64,000 bases of DNA, taken from the NCBI RefSeq assembly GCF_009914755.1, contig NC_060925.1; one strand, 5' to 3'. The stretch is from the human T2T-CHM13v2.0 reference genome, Homo sapiens. Both the position numbers and the translations under genes were made by a program. Below are positions 60,026-64,000 of this stretch, in pieces; position 1 is the stretch's first letter; each line of letters begins with the position of its first letter. The notes below the pieces were generated by a model. It saw only the letters and a program-made list of their open reading frames with translations. It did not search any database and was not told the origin of the DNA.

Positions 60026-60933
60026 TAGCTAGACTATCTCTAAGCCAGTCTCCTACTGTCCCACTTACTAGGGCTAAGAGAGGGTAGGGAAGGCAACTGC
60101 CCAGGGTGCCTACCCAGTTTTCTGTGGCACCTAGAAACTTTACTATCAGACCTCACATCCACCAACCTGCCTCCCCACAGTGAAACAAAACAGAGCAAAA
60201 CAAAACAAACAACAACCAAACTACATATGTAATCTCAAAGATGAAAGGAAACAGAGTACCTACCCATCTCCCATTTAAAAAACAAAAACATGAAAGCTGT
60301 TCTTAAGCTCCTATTCAAATATTTTCACTCTGTCTACAGAGGATTTAGGATGGGGAAATCAAGTCTGGACGTGATAAGTAGCAGAGAGGTAAATGGAAAT
60401 CATCCTCCCAAACCCCAGGATTGAAAATGTGCTGAAGAACCCACAAAAATAGTAATTCACACAGAGCAGTTAAAATTGGTGCTCACATCTTGGATTTCCA
60501 TAGTGCTTTCTTCTGAGAAGTCAAAACACGCATCCACCTTTGACCTCATATGTGTCTGCATTTCAGAAAATGCTGAGGAGTCTCCCCATTTTGTAAGTGG
60601 AGAAAACGGGGTCCAGAGGATAAGCCCTCTCCCAAAGAGAGGAAGAGCTGGGATTAGCACCCAAGGGTACCGATTCCACCAGGTTCTCCCCAATCACCCA
60701 ATTATCTCCATCTTTGTAAAAGAGGGGCCAATTTCCATAAATTCTAGGGGGTGACAATGAGACTCTGGCAATAAGGACAGTAGATGGGTTAGGTTCTACA
60801 ATGTCTCCATTTCATTTTGCCAAATCCTGGCTTTCCCCCTGATTCTGTGGACTGCCAGGAGCATGGGGTAGGAAAAGGACACATCAAGTGTATTTCTTTT
60901 CTCCCACCTGCTGCTCAAACCTGTTCCACTCAC

Positions 60934-61033
60934 CGTTTGAAGTCTTCAGGCTGTATGTAGATGGGGTAGAACCTGTAGATGCCAGTGGTGAGGTTTGTAA
61001 AGAATCGGCTGTCTGTGTTGCCAATAGAAGTAA
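60934..61033 (-). CDS. PM20D1: PM20D1 penultimate coding exon (100 nt, TSIGNTDSRFFTNLTTGIYRFYPIYIQPEDFK)
   Basis: M20 GxTD motif; tag/GTGAGT boundaries; in frame with neighbours. Confidence 0.95.
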
Positions 61034-61217
61034 CTAGAGAGGGAAGATCAACAGGAAAGGGGCTTTACATGAGCAATCAAACCAGCGAAGTGGCTGGGGT
61101 GTGGCCTGGCTGGAAAATCAGGACTACTGGATCACTACAGAGCAATGCCTGGGCTCTCCTGAAAGCGTATAGCTATCCTTACAAAAAGCACCATTTCAGC
61201 CAGGAACATGGAATCTC

Positions 61218-61288
61218 CTTCCAAGGGCATTGGTGAGACATCCCTTGGATGGACCATTCAAGGGATGTCTCACCAATGCCCTTGGAAG
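61218..61288. repeat. 71-bp near-perfect palindrome (35-bp arms, 1-nt spacer, 1 mismatch)
   Basis: cttccaagggcattggtgagacatcccttggatgg-a-ccattcaagggatgtctcaccaatgcccttggaag. Confidence 0.95.
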
Positions 61289-61296
61289 TGTCCTCT

Positions 61297-61552
61297 CCCC
61301 ATGACGACCAGGGAGGCCAATATCTTCATTTCATACCCAAGGCCATGGCCATTTGCTATTCCCCATGACGCCCAGGGTGGCCAGTATCTTCATTTCATAC
61401 CCAAGGCCATGGCCGTTTGCTGTTCCCCATGACGCCCAGGGTGGCCAGTATCTTCATTTCATACCCAAGGCCATGGCTGTTTGCTGTTCCCCATGACGCC
61501 CAGGGTGGCCAGTATCTTCATTTCATACCCAAGGCCATGGCCATTTGCTATT
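61297..61552. repeat. Minisatellite, 4 x 64 bp
   Basis: Units start at 61297, 61361, 61425, 61489 (ccccatgacgcccagggtggccagtatcttcatttcatacccaaggccatggcc...). Confidence 0.95.
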
Positions 61553-62205
61553 TAAGAAACCAGAATCTAGATAGCACTTCTTTATCACCTGACCTTTATT
61601 CTGTATCACTCTAGGTCAGAAATAAATACCCTCTGGGAGAACTTTACTACTATAAAATATCACCGTCTTGAATTGGAACAAAATTTCCTGTTATTCTCAT
61701 CCTCTGAAGTCTTCCTAGAGTCAAACCTTAGGTCTGGAAAGTGCCAGGATACTCTCTTTCCAGTTTCCCACTCTCCTGAAGGTGGTAGCAGGTCACCTAG
61801 CAGAGGCTGGGACTTGTGCCCATAGGTGTGTTCTTTGGGAAAAGACACCCTGGAGGATCAATTCAAGTGTGTGCGGTGATTTGAGATGGTAATTTGTGTT
61901 TTGTTCCATCTTCCACTCCTGGTTTCAAATGGACATCCAGGCCCTTCAAGTTCCTTGCTTTGTGGTTGATTGCTGCCTATCTTTTTTCTGCAAAAGCCTG
62001 GCCCCATTGGTGGATTACAGTAAGTGCTCCAGAAGAAAGAGAATAGAGTAGGTAGCCTTTGAGGGCCAAGAGAGGAGAATCTGGGATTGTGAGGGCCGGG
62101 TTCCTGGATGTTTGGAGGAATCTCTGATTAAACCAAGAGAAAAGAAAACTAGACACAGGCCTTAATATTAGAGCATTAATAATTGAGCAATATCATTATT
62201 ATTGA

Positions 62206-62515
<310 letters not shown>

Positions 62516-63251
62516 GAGCAATGTCTTAATATTAGAGCAATAACCATTGACCAGAGATTCTCAAACTATAGTTAGTCATCACCTTGTGTCAGAATCTCCT
62601 GGGGGTATTTGTGAAAAAGGCAAATTCCAGGGTCCCTTCCAGATTTGGTTAACCCAAATCTTTGTAGTGGGTCCAGGTAATCTGCATTTTAATAGTTCAC
62701 TGGGGAGACCTATTCCACTCTTAGATTGGAGAACCACTGTCTGCAAAGCACAGATTTGGATGGGGTGCTAGAAGGCTGCAGAAGGGGAACAGAGGGGTGC
62801 TGCTGGGATTGGTCTGGGCTGGGAAACGTAAATTAGGTTAAGGCAAATGGTATGGGCTGGGAGGCTTTTCTGAGCTGAGGATTCTGAGCTCTCCTGCTGA
62901 GCTGTTATCCTAGAATGGATCAGAACCAGACTCTGGGAAGATCTTGGCCCCTTCTGTGGCTCCTAGAGAGGAGGGAGTAGTCTAAGCCAATTCTCCCCTC
63001 TATGCCAGAGTGGCTGGCCTAGGTTAAGCAAGGACCCAGGCTTGACTGACCTAATTTATTATTTCTGTTCCTTTCCTGTTTGCGTTCTCACTTCCACTCT
63101 GAAGGGAAAATACAGTTCTAGTCTCATCAGGAGGGGAAGCAGCCAGCTGTTTACAGGCTGAACATCTAGGGTGGGGGTGGGGAAGTAGACATTGGATAGG
63201 AAACAGTTCCAGCCCCCTCCTCCCTCCAGCCACAGCTGATGAAGTCATTAC

Positions 63252-63420
63252 CTGGGGCAGTAATATTGACTTCCGGGAAGACGGACTGTACGGTCTGGCG
63301 GAGCAGCTGGTAGCCCAAGGCCTTGTCATCAGAAGGGCTGACGGGGAGGGGGTCAAAGGCACTCAACACATGGAACTGGACTCTGTTATCAGCCACAATG
63401 TTCTTCGTGAGTTCTAGGAC
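63252..63420 (-). CDS. PM20D1: PM20D1 third-from-last coding exon (169 nt, VLELTKNIVADNRVQFHVLSAFDPLPVSP...NITAP)
   Basis: GTAATG donor at 63250-63251; gag acceptor at 63421-63423; frame joins the downstream exons; gene continues beyond the window. Confidence 0.92.
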
Positions 63421-63700
63421 CTCCAGGGTAGAAACAAAGGGGGTTCGATTTCTTATTGATTTCTATACATGTACAATATGGGCTTAAATATCCTGATTTC
63501 TTTCCAGCAAGGCAGAGCCTCAGGGTTTACAGACAGGACTTATTTTTTTTAAGCACTGGGACTTCAATTTCAGCTGACTGGCTATAGGTGATGTAAGAGC
63601 TGGGTCTTCCTGGAAAGCAACCTACAGCATGATAGATTTAGGTTAAATGTTTTGGGAGACTTGTCTTACAGTCATGAATCAGATCTTGAATTGGAACAAA

Positions 63701-63888
63701 TTTACATGAGCAATCAAACCAACGAAGTGGCAAGGGGATGGCCTGGCTGGAAAATTGACTACTGGGTCACTACAGAGCAATGCCTGGGCTCTCTTGAAAG
63801 CCTATAGCTATTCTTACGAAAAGCACCATTTCAGCCAGGAACATGGAATCTCCTTCCAAGGGCATTGGTGAGATATCCCTTCGATGGA
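63701..63888 (+). repeat. About 190-bp direct duplicate of 61064-61253
   Basis: tttacatgagcaatcaaacc...ggcattggtgaga(c/t)atccctt(g/c)gatgga aligned by eye with scattered mismatches. Confidence 0.93.
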
Positions 63889-64000
63889 AAGTTGGATGGG
63901 AATTGGAAAATCAGGAAGTTATGTATCTTTCCCCTTGGGTGGTGAGCCACAGGCTGGATGAAAGTGTCGAAGACACAGCAGAATGTCAATCATCTCGAGG

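Noticed and set aside
61297-61552. CRISPR-like appearance of regularly spaced repeats with palindromic cores
   Set aside because: Units are contiguous with no unique spacers, no cas genes, and the DNA is human intron

Overview
Human (primate) genomic DNA that I recognise as the PARK16 region of chr1q32. It carries three genes, all on the minus strand. RAB29/RAB7L1 is complete: 5 coding exons, 612 nt, 203 aa ending in CC. SLC41A1, an MgtE-type Mg2+ transporter, is complete: 10 coding exons, 1542 nt, 513 aa. PM20D1 is represented by its last three coding exons and 3' UTR. All exons were rebuilt from GT-AG boundaries and join in frame. There are two CpG-island promoters and dense Alu/L1/L2/MIR/DNA-transposon/LTR repeats; most short ORFs in the track are repeat or GC artefacts. 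I see no wholly new gene system. The most unusual structures are: (1) a truncated HERV-K(HML-3)/MER9 env+3'LTR fragment flanked by a perfect 37-bp direct repeat; (2) a ~190-bp duplication, a 71-bp palindrome and a 4x64-bp tandem array in PM20D1 introns; (3) four upstream AUGs, including an AUG-stop, in the ~1-kb SLC41A1 leader; (4) a probable L1 3' transduction; (5) a U6/L1 chimeric retrocopy. Repeat subfamily names and variant identities come from memory and need database confirmation.
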